A model generated the notes under the pieces. That model saw nothing but the letters and a program-made list of their open reading frames with translations. It searched no databases and was not told the origin of the DNA. Both the position numbers and the translations under genes were made by a program. Of a stretch of 64,000 bases of DNA, positions 21,895 through 32,892 are shown piece by piece (position 1 is the first letter of the stretch; every line of letters begins with the position of its first letter). The stretch lies in contig OY970325.1 in NCBI GenBank assembly GCA_963717145.1, positions 32,001-96,000 of the forward strand, read 5' to 3'. The DNA is from an uncultured Armatimonadetes bacterium (lineage in GTDB: Bacteria > Armatimonadota > UBA5829 > DTJY01).

Positions 21895-21973
21895 TCAAAG
21901 ACGAGCCGGTTGCCCCGAAGAGGGAAAGGAGCCAAGCCTTGCGCGGCCGGGTCAGGATGTTACTGTCGGGGCG

Positions 21974-24900
21974 ATGGATTCAATCGCGCCACCTCTGCCC
22001 GGGCAAACTGCGCCGGCGGCCGGCCCGGGTACGCCCACGGCCGCGCTGGATGGAGGCCTGAGCTTTCAGAGCATCGTGGGCACGATCACCCCGGAGAACG
22101 AGTTGCTCGGGGTGGTCGCCGAACGCATCCGGCGCGCGGCCGCCCATCTCCATCTGAGCAGTGAGGACCTTTACCGCATTTTCAGCCGCCACAGCATCTT
22201 TGAAGGGGAGGGCAGCCTCACCTGGGAGGGGGGAGAGGTTCGGTTCTTCATTGTGGAAACGCACCACCTGATCCAGGGCAAGGTGGGCAAGGGGGCCCTG
22301 AAGCTGGTGTTCCCGCAGGATCTGCTGGGCAAGGGGGCCCAGTTCAGAGCGGCGGAGGCTGGCGCCGTGGAGGTGGTGCCGCGGGATGGAGCCGGCGGTT
22401 GGGCGGGACCGGAGGAGGCCGAGGAACTGGTCAAGCAGGCCATGCGCGAGTTCATGACCGGCGAAAGCCTGAGCATGAGCCTGAAATGCCAGGCCACGGG
22501 AGCTCCCTTTGCCGGCAGCGAGGGGCTGGTGCTTTGCGCGGCGCGAGATTTCGACGCGGCCGCGGGACGGTTTTTCCTCAGGCCGCTGCTGGGGGACAGC
22601 GACGAGACGGCCGCATCGGACCGCGAGCTGATCGATCTGATGATGAACCGGACGGCCGAGATTCTGACACTGGCGGGGCGGATCGCCTACGATCGGATCG
22701 TGCACGCCGCCGAGACCAATTCCACCCTGACGGCCCGGCTGGGGCTGCAGCTCCCCACCAACGTGGTCGAGGGCCATCTCCGGGCCCTGCTCCAGAGCCG
22801 GCCGGAAATCATCATCGGGGACGAGGACATGACGCCGCAGTTGCGCGAGCTGGTGCAGCAGGGCGACTACAAGCCGACGGCTTGCGCCCTGGCCCGGACT
22901 GCCGCCCAGATGCAGATCGAGCATTCCATCCTGCTCCAGGCATCACGGGAGAAGCTAAGGAACCTGCTGGCCGGCCTGCCCCCCCAGGGTTCGCCCAGCC
23001 CGGCCCAATACCGCGAGATCATCGATCTATTTTTTGGGACCGGTGAGATTCAGCAGAATGAGGACCAGCTTTACCACCACCGCGAGCTGATCCTTAAACC
23101 GTTGTCGATTGCCCTGTCGTTCCGTTGCCTGGACGAGTGCGGCGACTCCCAAGTGCTCGCGCTCTATCTCAAAACCCTCCTGGACAATCAGCGGGTCACC
23201 ATGGAGGCCACCTTGGCGAAGAGCCTGCGACCGGGGCAGGCCCTGCCGGCCAACTGGCTGGAAGGAGCGGTGTTTCTGTCCGCCGCCGCCCGCCAGCAAC
23301 TGGCGAGCCTCATGCCGACCCCGGAGGCGACCCGGCAGGCGGTCAAGGAGAGTTTTTGGGAGATTGTGAGGATTCTGTGCGATGCCCGGGCCCAAATCTG
23401 GAGCCAGCGCGACGACCCGTTTGCCGAAGCCAAGCGGGAGGTCTTGGAGCGCGCAATTCGGGCCATTACCTCCACGGGCGACGTGATCCCCTCGGTGGAC
23501 CGGCTCGTATTCTTTACCCTGCCTTACACCTATGAATGCGTCACGCCCAAGCTGGGCGTGGTGACGCGCAAGCCGGTGGCGGTTTGCGGCTCTGAATTAC
23601 GACCGGAGGCCATGGCGGTGGGCGGGGTCATGACGGTGGAGATTCTGCTCAAGAAACTGGGCCGAAAGAACCAACCGCTGGCAGGGATGACCGTGGCCAT
23701 CGAGGGGCTGGGCAATGCCGGCAAGCATGTGGCCCGGCTCATGGCAGACCGAGGCGCCCGGATCGTGGCGGTCAGCGACAGCACGGGCGCGCTCTTCAGC
23801 CCGGGCGGTTTCCCCCGGCCCGAACTGGACCGGATCATTGCTCACAAGGATCGCGGGCGGCGGCTCCGGAGCTTCGGATTGGAGGCCCTGCCGGAAGCGC
23901 CGGGCCCGGCCGTCAGCCCGGCCTATGAGTTCGATCCAGACCCCGACCGGCTCAAATCGATCGAAGCCGAGATCCTGGTGCTGACGGCCATCCCGGGCTC
24001 GATCCATGAGGCAAACGCCTCCGCGCTGAAGTGCCGGATCATCTGCGAGTTGACGGGGGCCGCCGTCACGGGAGCGGCCAGGGGGATCCTCCACGATCGG
24101 CAGGTGCGGGTCATCCCGGACAACCTGGCCAGCTCCGGCGGCTTGTTGGTCTCGCTCTCGGAGATGCTCCAGAACAGCGCCGGGCAGAATTGGGACCGGA
24201 AGCTCGAGGAGTTCAACCTCTACGAACAGCTTTCCGCCGGCACCGAGACCGCCTTCCGGCTGGCCGGAAAACATGGAGTGGATGTGCCGACGGCCACGGA
24301 TATGCTCGCGCTCCAGCGAATGCACGAACTCGCCCTTTACCGCGAGCGCGTGGAGATACTGGCCGCGCGGTTAAAAGAACGGATCGAGACGATCCAAGCG
24401 GGCGAGCAGGTCTTGATCGTTTCCGACGACGATGAAGACGGGGTGGCCTCGGCCGCCATTGTGCACGCCCTCATTACGGCGCTCAACCCGGCCGCCCGGG
24501 ACAGCGTGGTCTATTTGAACGAATCATTCCGTTCCGACGTGATCGGGGATGTCATCGAGCAGACCGACCAGACAGGGCGGCCCATCCGCCATGTGTTTGC
24601 CGTGGACCGAGCCTTCCCCCTGAGCGAGCCGGGCCAGACCCATATTGCGGGAGTCGCCGGCCGCTGCCGGTTGACTCTGATCAACAACCACGAGCTTCCC
24701 GCGGACCTGATGGGACGCGAGGCGGGTGAGCCTCAGCCCGGCGGGCGGTCGCGCCCCCGGCTCCCGGCCGAACTGGGCATCCTTTTCATTTCACCGCAAA
24801 CGCTCAAGTCCGTGCTGCCAGCCCGGGAGTTTCCGACGGCCATGATTCTCCGGGAACTGGCCGGCCAGCTCCTATCGGATGAGGGGCTCATGAGCCGCAT

Positions 24901-25594
24901 CGACTGGCAGGCCGCGGTGGGCAGTTACCTGGATGCGCCCGCCGAGAAGAACAGCGAATATCTGCTGTTTCATACCCGATTCAACCCGGACAAGATCCTG
25001 GAAGCGGCCCAGGCGGTTCGCATGGTCACGCGGGCCGGCGGCTTCCGGGAGGCGCTCCGCGCCATGGCGGGCGTGATTCGGCCCGACCAGCTTCGAACCA
25101 ACGAAACCTGGGAGCGATTCATGGCCGAATACCAAGTGCTGCGCGAGCGCGTGCAGGTGTTGGTCGAGAAAATCATCCTGGAAAACCGGCTGCGTCCCCT
25201 GACCTGCCATTTCTTCAGCCGGGACGAAGTGGCGTCGCCCACGCCGCTGGCCGGGAACACGGAAACACGGCTGGATTTGTACCATTGGATCTCCGAGCAC
25301 CTGACGCGCCGCGGCGACCTGGCCGACAAACCGATCATTGTCGGGCAGGTGATCGAGGACGCCAAAGGACGGGCGTGGTTGGGCGTACGCATCCGCAGCC
25401 CCCGCGGAGTGGACCTGATGGAAGCCGGCCTGCCTGAAGCGTTCCAGACGGGCGGGCTGCCCAACACCGCCGTGGCCCGAATCGGCCTGGATCCGAACAA
25501 CACCCCAGAGCAGCAGTTCTATGCCCTGGTCGATGACATCTGGTTGAAGACGTCCAGCCGCCTGCACCTCGGTCCGCCCACCACCCGCTCCTGA
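21974..25594 (+). CDS. Fusion of a degenerate Glu/Leu/Phe/Val dehydrogenase domain and a DHH/DHHA1-like domain (1206 aa)
   Basis: GDH-like MSLKCQATGAPFAG, TRKPVAVCGSELRPEA, VAIEGLGNAG and VIPDNLASSGG; DHH-like VSDDDEDGVASA, VFAVD, INNHE and GGLPNTA; frame is intact. Confidence 0.75.
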   Translation: MDSIAPPLPGQTAPAAGPGTPTAALDGGLSFQSIVGTITPENELLGVVAERIRRAAAHLHLSSEDLYRIFSRHSIFEGEGSLTWEGGEVRFFIVETHHLIQGKVGKGALKLVFPQDLLGKGAQFRAAEAGAVEVVPRDGAGGWAGPEEAEELVKQAMREFMTGESLSMSLKCQATGAPFAGSEGLVLCAARDFDAAAGRFFLRPLLGDSDETAASDRELIDLMMNRTAEILTLAGRIAYDRIVHAAETNSTLTARLGLQLPTNVVEGHLRALLQSRPEIIIGDEDMTPQLRELVQQGDYKPTACALARTAAQMQIEHSILLQASREKLRNLLAGLPPQGSPSPAQYREIIDLFFGTGEIQQNEDQLYHHRELILKPLSIALSFRCLDECGDSQVLALYLKTLLDNQRVTMEATLAKSLRPGQALPANWLEGAVFLSAAARQQLASLMPTPEATRQAVKESFWEIVRILCDARAQIWSQRDDPFAEAKREVLERAIRAITSTGDVIPSVDRLVFFTLPYTYECVTPKLGVVTRKPVAVCGSELRPEAMAVGGVMTVEILLKKLGRKNQPLAGMTVAIEGLGNAGKHVARLMADRGARIVAVSDSTGALFSPGGFPRPELDRIIAHKDRGRRLRSFGLEALPEAPGPAVSPAYEFDPDPDRLKSIEAEILVLTAIPGSIHEANASALKCRIICELTGAAVTGAARGILHDRQVRVIPDNLASSGGLLVSLSEMLQNSAGQNWDRKLEEFNLYEQLSAGTETAFRLAGKHGVDVPTATDMLALQRMHELALYRERVEILAARLKERIETIQAGEQVLIVSDDDEDGVASAAIVHALITALNPAARDSVVYLNESFRSDVIGDVIEQTDQTGRPIRHVFAVDRAFPLSEPGQTHIAGVAGRCRLTLINNHELPADLMGREAGEPQPGGRSRPRLPAELGILFISPQTLKSVLPAREFPTAMILRELAGQLLSDEGLMSRIDWQAAVGSYLDAPAEKNSEYLLFHTRFNPDKILEAAQAVRMVTRAGGFREALRAMAGVIRPDQLRTNETWERFMAEYQVLRERVQVLVEKIILENRLRPLTCHFFSRDEVASPTPLAGNTETRLDLYHWISEHLTRRGDLADKPIIVGQVIEDAKGRAWLGVRIRSPRGVDLMEAGLPEAFQTGGLPNTAVARIGLDPNNTPEQQFYALVDDIWLKTSSRLHLGPPTTRS

Positions 25595-25603
25595 GGTCTG
25601 GCG

Positions 25604-27265
25604 TCACTTCCCGCCGGATGGCGGCTGGGACCGGGCGACCAGGAAGGCCTTCAGCTCCGCGGCCGCTTTGCCGCCGAAGCCGGGCACGGCCGCGATCTCC
25701 TCCACCACCGCCAGGCGCAGCCGCTGCACCGACCCGAATTTCTTGAGCAGGGCCGCTTTTCTCGCCTCGCCGATGCCGGGGAACTCATCGAGCACGCTTT
25801 CGGAGATCTTCCTCAGCCGGAGCTGAGCGTTGTAGGAGTTGGCCACCCGGTGGGACTCGTCCCGGATTCGCTGCAGCAGCTTCAGGGCATTCTGATCCTG
25901 GCTCAGCCGCAGCGGTTCTTCCTGCCCCGGCCGGTGGATTTCCTCGAATTCCTTGGCCAGCCCGATGACCGGGATGGCGCCCAGCCCCAGCTTCTCCAGT
26001 TCTTCCCGCGCCGCCGTCAACTGGCCTTTGCCGCCGTCGATGACGATGAGATCCGGAAGGTTCGAGGGTTTGGCCTGGCTTCCCGAAGGGACTGGCGCTT
26101 CTTCCTGGAGCCTCGGGAAGGCCTCGCCTGGCTGCTGCATCATCTTGCGCAGTTCCTCGACGATGGGACGGCCGGCTTCCTGGTCCTCGTCACCGGTTGG
26201 TGGGGGGCTGGCGGGGCCGGTGGCACCGGCCTCCCGCAGCAGGCGGGTGTAGCGCCGTCGCACCGCCTCCGCCATGCAGGCGAAGTCGTCCTGCCCTTCC
26301 ACGGACTTGGATCTTCATGCGCCGGTAATTGGCGCGGTCCGGCCGGCCCCGCCGGAAACTGACCACCGAGGCCACCTTGAGCGTGCCGCTGATGTTGGAG
26401 ATGTCGAAGCCCTCGATGCGCTCGGGCGGGCCGGGCAGGCCCAGCACCTTGCCCAGCTCCAGGTTGTCCCGCTCCGGCATCACCGCCACGGGCAGGTTCC
26501 AGGGGGTGCGCTCGAAGCGGGTGGTTTTCCGGGTGGTGTGCCGCAGGTCCACGACGGCATCGCGGAGCTGGGCGGCTTTCTCGTAGTCCTGGGCCGCCGC
26601 CGCTTTCTGCATCTCGCCTTCGAGCTGCGCCTGCAGTTCGTCGCACTGGCCGTCCAGGAACTCGCAGGCCGCCTGCACCTGCTCGCCGGTATTGCTCGAG
26701 CGCCACGTTGCCGATGCAGGGGGCGGTGCACCATTTGAGATTGCCGTAGAGGCAATGATTGTAGTCGGCCTCGGTGGGCGTGAGCACCCGGCAGCCGCGC
26801 AGGTTGAAGGTGCGTCGCATCAGCAGCAGGGTGCTGCGCAGGGCCCCGGCGTTGGGAAACGGGCCGAAATAGCGCGATCCGTCCTCCGTGCGCAGCCGGG
26901 TGAGCGTAAAGCGCGGGATCGGATCGTTGAGGTTCACCTTCACCAGCGGGAACCGCTTGTCGTCGCGGAAGCTGATGTTGTAGCGGGGCTGGAACTCCTT
27001 GATCAGCTTGCCTTCCAGCAGCAGGGCCTCCGCCTCGCCTCTGCACCACGTGCACGTCCAGGTCGTGGATGGCCTCCACCAGGGCGTTGAGCTTCAGGTC
27101 CCACCCCAGCCGGCGCGACGGATGAAAATACTGGCTGACCCGCTTGCGCAGGTCCCGCGCCTTGCCCACGTAGATGACCGTGCCGAACCGGTCCTTCATC
27201 AGGTACACACCCGGCTTGTGCGGCAGTTCGCCGAGCTTCTTGCGCACCTGTTCCGTGGCCGGCAT
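25604..27265 (-). CDS. uvrC: Excinuclease ABC subunit C (about 3 frameshifts)
   Basis: [62 protein letters not shown] and HhH motif FPGIG. Confidence 0.92.
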
Positions 27266-27762
27266 GCCCGCCACTCTAACGGCCAGGGCCACCCCGTTTC
27301 AAGTCGGCTCCAGAAAGGAGCAGCACCTCGCATGAAACTCCATACCGCCAAACCCGGCCAGTGCCAGACCAGGCCGCCCCGACTCGAACCGCAACCGCCC
27401 TATTGGCGTAACACGCTCTGGCCTGTCAGCGTTGAGGCCGCTTTCGCCGCCCAGGAGATGGGCCGCCTCATCCGCCAGAAGTGCCAGGGCCCCACGCCCA
27501 CAAGCGACCACAAGGAACGCGAGGCCTGCACCCGCCTCGCCATCGCCGGTCGCCTCCTCTGGTGCAGGATGAACTGCGATTACATCAGCCTGGCCGAGCG
27601 CCAGACCCTCCGCGACGCCATCCCCCCCCTCACCGGGAGCAATCCGGTCGCCCCGCCCCTTCCACCACCCCGGACGGGGCCTCGAGGCTGACGCAGGAGA
27701 AGGCAATACTCTAGTCGAGGCGCGCGCGCTCAAACAGTCGTTGAGCCTGCAAGGACCACCTC

Positions 27763-27933
27763 TTGAAAGAGAAGGAACTGACCAAGACAGAAATGGCGGC
27801 CCGGATGAAAACCAGCCGCGCGGCGGTGGACCGGCTGCTGGATGCGTCCAATTCCTCGGTCACACTGAACACGCTGGGCAAAGCTGCCCGCGCCCTCGGT
27901 CGTAAAGTGAAAATTGAATTGGTGCCGGCATAG
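27763..27933 (+). pseudogene. N-terminally truncated XRE-type HTH antitoxin-like fragment
   Basis: LTKTEMAARMKTSRAAVDRLLDASNSSVTLNTLGKAARALGRKVKIELV*; in-frame TGA at 27742; no toxin gene upstream. Confidence 0.65.
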
Positions 27934-27957
27934 TTCGCAATCGCAGGCGCGGGAGAA

Positions 27958-28239
27958 TCACAGGCCGGCAATAGCCAGCCCTTGGATGATCTTGCGGGCG
28001 ATGTCCCGCCGCCGCTCAGTGGAGACTTCACCCCGGGCTTGCTTCAAGCCGTCCTTGGCAACGGTGAAGAGCAGGTCGCAGCGGCAGCGCGTCCTCCAGT
28101 TCAGCCCGTCGGCTTCATCCAGCAGCGCCTCATTTTCCCGCGCCGCCCGGGCGCTGGATGGTGTCATGCTGGTGCATTTGAGGACTACCACTTCCGGCTT
28201 CCGGTCAATGCGCTCCTGGCAGCAAATTGCTGTTTCCAT
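27958..28239 (-). CDS. Small hypothetical protein
   Basis: 93-aa ATG ORF filling the gap divergent from xseB; no motif. Confidence 0.35.
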   Translation of the reverse strand: METAICCQERIDRKPEVVVLKCTSMTPSSARAARENEALLDEADGLNWRTRCRCDLLFTVAKDGLKQARGEVSTERRRDIARKIIQGLAIAGL

Positions 28240-28376
28240 GTCTTGCCGGCCGGGGTCACCCCCTCCACCCTGGGCTCTGCCTTCTCCGTCCGGCTCCTTT
28301 TCTGTCCTGCGCCCATCCTCCCCGAAGGGCGCATACTAAACTGGACGGGGGGCGGGGAGTTTGGTAGCTTTCGGCC

Positions 28377-28646
28377 ATGTCGAAAGCGGCCAGGAATCCG
28401 ACCGGCGCTGCGGAACCGCTCCCCTTTGAAGAAGCGCTCAAGCAGCTTGAAGCCACCGTGGAAGCGATGGAAGCGGGCGATCTGCCCCTGGAGAACATGC
28501 TGGCCCGCTTCGAGGAAGGGGTGAAGCTGGCCCGCCATTGCCAGACCAAGCTGCAGGAGGCGGAACTTCGGATCCAGCAGTTGGAAAAGACTGCCGCCGG
28601 GGAGTTTGCGCTTAAGCCGCTCGAAGCCGCCGGCAACGCCGAATAA
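28377..28646 (+). CDS. xseB: Exodeoxyribonuclease VII small subunit
   Basis: FEEALKQLEATVEAMEAGDLPLE...FEEGVKLARHC; classic position next to dxs. Confidence 0.95.
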   Translation: MSKAARNPTGAAEPLPFEEALKQLEATVEAMEAGDLPLENMLARFEEGVKLARHCQTKLQEAELRIQQLEKTAAGEFALKPLEAAGNAE

Positions 28647-28649
28647 CCT

Positions 28650-30650
28650 ATGAGCCGATTTCTGGACATGGTGGATGATCCGTCCCACGTGAAGAAGCTC
28701 ACGCTGGAGCAGCTCCAGCAGCTCGCCGAGGAAATCCGGCACGAGCTTATCACCAAGCTGGCCCGGTTCGGCGGACATCTGGGTCCCAACCTGGGCGTGG
28801 TGGAGTTGACCCTGGCTCTCCACCGGGTTTTCTCCACCCCCAAAGACAAGTTCGTCTGGGACGTCAGCCACCAGACTTACGTGCACAAGCTCCTCACCGG
28901 CCGCAAGAACCGGTTCCATACCATCCGCACCACCGACGGCCTGAACGGCTTCGCCTTGCGTACCGAGAGCGCCCACGACTGCTACGGGGCCGGCCATGCC
29001 GGCACCGCCTTGTCCGCCGCGCTGGGCATCGCGGTGGCCCGCGACCGGCTCGGCACCGACGAGAACGTGGTCTGCATCTTCGGGGACGCCGCCCTGACCA
29101 ACGGCATTTCCTTTGAGGCGCTGAACAACATTGGGCACGCCACCAAGCGCTTCATTGGCATCCTGAACGACAACGAGTGGAGCATTGCCAAGAACGTCGG
29201 CGCCATTGCCAACTATCTGAACAAGCTCATCACCAGCCCGCGCTACAACCAATTGCAGAAGGACTTCACCAACTGGGTCAAGCGGCTGCCCAAAGGTCAC
29301 TTTGCGGTCAAGCTGGGTCAGAAAGCTGAGGAAGCCATCAAGGGCGCCGTCTCCGGGGCCACCCTGCGGCCGGCTGGCGGGGGCATTGATGAGGAAGCCG
29401 ATTCGGACGGGCGCGGCGGCTACGGCAGCAGCCTGATTTTCGAGGAACTGGGGGTGCGCTACCTGGGCCCCATTGACGGTCACAATTTGCCGCTCCTCCT
29501 CAGCACCCTGGAGTTTGCCAAGACCTGCGATCATCCGATCGTCATCCATGTCCTGACCAAGAAGGGCAAAGGCTATGACGCGGCCATCCAGCATCCGGAG
29601 AAGTTTCACGGCACCGGCCCCTACGATGTGGCCACCGGCAACTCCCCCGCGGTCAAGCCCGGCACCCCGCCAACCTACCAGGAAGTCCTGGGCCAGACCC
29701 TGGTCAAGCTCTGTCAACGGGATAGCCGGCTGGTCGGCATCACCGCCGCCATGCCCAGCGGCACCGGCCTCAAGGTCCTGGAAAAGGCCATGCCCGACCG
29801 TTACTACGACGTGGGTATTGCCGAGGAACACGCCGTCCTGTTCGCCGCCGGGATGGCGACCATGGGGTATCATCCTTTGGTGGCCATTTACTCGACTTTC
29901 ATGCAGCGCGCCTACGACTGCATCATTCATGACCTGGCGCTTCAGGACCTGCCGGTCATCCTCTGCATGGACCGCGCCGGCCTCTCCGCCAATGACGGTC
30001 CCACCCATCACGGGCTGTTCGACATCGCCTTCCTCCGCTGCGTGCCCAATCTCATCTGCATGTCTCCCCGGGACGAGGACGAGTTTGTCGATATGCTGTT
30101 TACCGCCACGCACCAGCAGCACCCCGTGGCGCTTCGCTATCCGCGGGGGGCGGGGGAAGGCGTGCCCCTGAAAGACCAGCCCCGCCTCTTGGAGGTGGGC
30201 AAGGCCGAGGTGGTCCGCAACTTTGCCGGCGACGGTGGTCGCAAAGTGGCTTTCTTTTCGCTGGGCCACATGTTTCCCCTGGCCCGCAAGGCGGTCGCCC
30301 AACTCGTCGAAGAGGGTTGCGATTGCGCCCTCATCAACGCACGTTTTACCAAACCAATCGATGCCGAGACGACCGCCTTCTTTGGCCGCGCTGCCGATGT
30401 GGTGGTCACCCTCGAGGACCACGTGGTGAGCGGCGGCTACGGCAGCGCCGTCCTGGAACTCTTCAACCAGCAGGGCCTGACCACCCCGGTCGTCACGGTG
30501 GGCTGGCCCGACCAGTTCGTGGAGCACGGGACCACGGTGGAGGAGCTGCGCCAGCGCCATGGGCTGGATGCGGTTACGATTGTGGCCCGGATCAAGACGC
30601 GGCTGGCCGAGGCCCGCCCGGCCCGGCAGGCGGCCCTGGCCATCGCGTAG
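28650..30650 (+). CDS. dxs: 1-deoxy-D-xylulose-5-phosphate synthase
   Basis: GGHLGPNLGVVEL, WDVSHQTYVHK, GDAALTNG, DVGIAEEHAV and DGPTHHG motifs. Confidence 0.97.
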   Translation: MSRFLDMVDDPSHVKKLTLEQLQQLAEEIRHELITKLARFGGHLGPNLGVVELTLALHRVFSTPKDKFVWDVSHQTYVHKLLTGRKNRFHTIRTTDGLNGFALRTESAHDCYGAGHAGTALSAALGIAVARDRLGTDENVVCIFGDAALTNGISFEALNNIGHATKRFIGILNDNEWSIAKNVGAIANYLNKLITSPRYNQLQKDFTNWVKRLPKGHFAVKLGQKAEEAIKGAVSGATLRPAGGGIDEEADSDGRGGYGSSLIFEELGVRYLGPIDGHNLPLLLSTLEFAKTCDHPIVIHVLTKKGKGYDAAIQHPEKFHGTGPYDVATGNSPAVKPGTPPTYQEVLGQTLVKLCQRDSRLVGITAAMPSGTGLKVLEKAMPDRYYDVGIAEEHAVLFAAGMATMGYHPLVAIYSTFMQRAYDCIIHDLALQDLPVILCMDRAGLSANDGPTHHGLFDIAFLRCVPNLICMSPRDEDEFVDMLFTATHQQHPVALRYPRGAGEGVPLKDQPRLLEVGKAEVVRNFAGDGGRKVAFFSLGHMFPLARKAVAQLVEEGCDCALINARFTKPIDAETTAFFGRAADVVVTLEDHVVSGGYGSAVLELFNQQGLTTPVVTVGWPDQFVEHGTTVEELRQRHGLDAVTIVARIKTRLAEARPARQAALAIA

Positions 30651-30748
30651 CCCGCGAAAATTCTTCTGGCACGGGGCCGGCGATGGGGTTAGGCTTCTTT
30701 TCCCGTTCATGACGGAACGTGATGAGCGGGTCAAGGAAGGTTGGGTTT

Positions 30749-30824
<76 letters not shown>

Positions 30825-31339
30825 CTAAGCACCAGCGACTTACAACTCACTTACCGATTAGAAAAAGAGTTTGGCTGTTCCACTCCTTGAGTTCTGAAGC
30901 GGCTTTTCCGCAGCCTACGGTCGGTTTGCCTTCCTCATGGAAGAACGCTGCCCAGAGGCAGGGGGGGGCGTGAAATGCGGGCATTCTGGTGGGGCAGAAC
31001 GTCCGGTGACAGGTGTGGCGTCTGCTGTATTGACCCTTCCGCGCTACCAAAATGCAATGGTGGACCAACGGTGGCCCCTGCACGCCGGTTCTTGAGCAAC
31101 CTGGCAGGTAAACAGGCAGGATCGCGGTTTGGCATGAGCATAGGGTAGCGCCGGGCAAAATAGCCTAGGGCCTCGGCATTAAAGGTGTCGCGACGATAGC
31201 GGAGGGCCACAATGAAACTGGTCAAAGATGACAGGCCAGCTTTCCATACCCGGCGCCAGATTATACGGCCCGGGCCGCCTCGCTGCCGGCGGCGGGCAGG
31301 GGGCGGGTCAAGCGGGATGTGCCTCTGCTTCTCGCTCGG

Positions 31340-31357
31340 AGTGGGTGTTCACCCCAT
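31340..31357 (+). promoter_or_regulatory. Palindromic operator copy 1 (AGTGGGTGTTCACCCCAT)
   Basis: 2 mismatches to consensus; GATGAT at 31381 (23-bp gap); ATG at 31395. Confidence 0.65.
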
Positions 31358-31394
31358 AGACACATGGCAGAGCGCTGCCGGATGATGACGCCGG

Positions 31395-31694
31395 ATGAAA
31401 CGAATCGCAGCCCTCTGTCTCTGCGGCCTGCTGGTCGGCTGTGCCACGCCAACACTCCAAGAGGAGTATTCCAAGACGAGCACGGCCGAATTGGAGCTTC
31501 GCCACGCCCGGTGCGCCCGGCTCCTGAGCCTCGAGAAACAATACATTGACTTCAGGCTTGGGCCACCGCTTGCGATGGCCATAATGGATGATGGACGCAG
31601 CGACCGCATCAAGGAAAAGGAGAAGACTGGGAAGGAATTGCTCCGTCGTGGCCAAGCGGGAGACAAGGACGCTTATCTGCCGATTCTTCAATGA
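31395..31694 (+). CDS. Small lipoprotein
   Basis: MKRIAALCLCGLLVGC lipobox. Confidence 0.7.
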   Translation: MKRIAALCLCGLLVGCATPTLQEEYSKTSTAELELRHARCARLLSLEKQYIDFRLGPPLAMAIMDDGRSDRIKEKEKTGKELLRRGQAGDKDAYLPILQ

Positions 31695-31784
31695 GGCGGG
31701 AGTGGTCTTTCGTTGTCCCCTGGCCGCCAAAGGCGGCTTGTCTATTGGCAGGCTGGGGGCAAGGACCACCCGTCTTGCCATGAT

Positions 31785-31802
31785 ATAGGGTAAACACCCC
31801 AT
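31785..31802 (+). promoter_or_regulatory. Palindromic operator copy 2 (ATAGGGTAAACACCCCAT)
   Basis: TGG-TAAATT extended -10 with hexamer at 31826-31831 (23-bp gap). Confidence 0.8.
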
Positions 31803-31881
31803 AGCGCCGCTGTCACCATCGGTGGTAAATTCTGTCCTTCCCCTAACGGGGGCAACAATCAAAACCGGAGAACGTTTCAAA

Positions 31882-32557
31882 ATGAAAACAATCAAGATCT
31901 TCACCAACCTTGGTCTCGTGGTCCTGCTGGCCGGCCTGGCCCATGCCGGTGGAATAAAGCCGGTGACCATCCCCCAACAGGTGTTGACCTACGAAGCCGG
32001 GCATTATCTTGCCGGCCAGTTGGTTCCCCTCGGGTTCGATGCCTTTGGCTACAACTACCAGGCGCGCTTGTTCCGCGGCTATTATGCCAACGCCTACCTC
32101 GGCGCGGACGGCCTGCCGCCTTACGAGGGCGACACAGAATCTTATCTCGCAGCCAATCCGAGCGCGGCCACCAAAGCTTACTGGCGGGCTCGCGACACCT
32201 GGCTGGAGATCAAGTGGAACGACGCGTGGTTGAGCAACCGGGACGCCAACAGAGACGGCTTCTTGGATCGTCACCTCGGTTTTCCGGGCTATCCGGGGTC
32301 GGGCGCATGGCTGATCAACCACCTTTGGGGTGAAGACCCCGATGGCACGCGTTGGGAGAACTTCGCACACATCGTGGCCGTGCCGTCCACCGCGGTCAAA
32401 GTCGCGGGGGTTTGGTATGACGCCTCGGGCGACGGAAATCGGACGGGAAATCTGGGATTCGTTCGCCATTGTGTTGGAGATCATCAACGATCCCGTATGG
32501 GGTCAGCATGGCAGAAACTATGTCAGTCCTGCGGGGCCAGGGTTGGGCAAGTACTAG
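31882..32557 (+). CDS. Secreted hypothetical protein (one frameshift near 32430)
   Basis: Signal peptide MKTIKIF...AHA; GGAGA SD; GFDAFGYNYQA, KWNDAWLSN, GSGAWLINH; C-terminus EIWDSFAI...GPGLGKY* in the next frame. Confidence 0.7.
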
Positions 32558-32892
32558 CCCATCAGGAAGGGTCTTCGGGCCATGGCTGGGGGGTGTTCCC
32601 CGCTGACAGTGCAAGAGCCTGTTTAAAAAACCCGCCCGGTCAGGGGACCGCTACAACGACTGTGGCCCGGACGACAGGGGCGTCACCCTCGGTTTGGCCT
32701 GTTGCTAGGCCGGGCCATTGTTTTCCTTAACCACTCAAGCGCCGCACAGGCTGACTCCCGCGCCCGCCATCATGGGGGCATTGCTCGGACGAGAAAGAGC
32801 GTTTCTAAGAGAGGTCAACTTTATCCAGTTCACCACAATCGTAGAACCCTTGGCCGGCGTGGACGAGAAAGGTCTCCAAGCCGGCTCCGGCT

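Noticed and set aside
30847-31225. Integrase remnant next to tRNA-Phe
   Set aside because: The short ORFs lack convincing tyrosine-recombinase R-H-R-H-Y motifs.
32583-32605. GGGGGGTGTTCCCCGCT as a tenth operator
   Set aside because: The right half is too degenerate and there is no properly spaced -10 or gene start.
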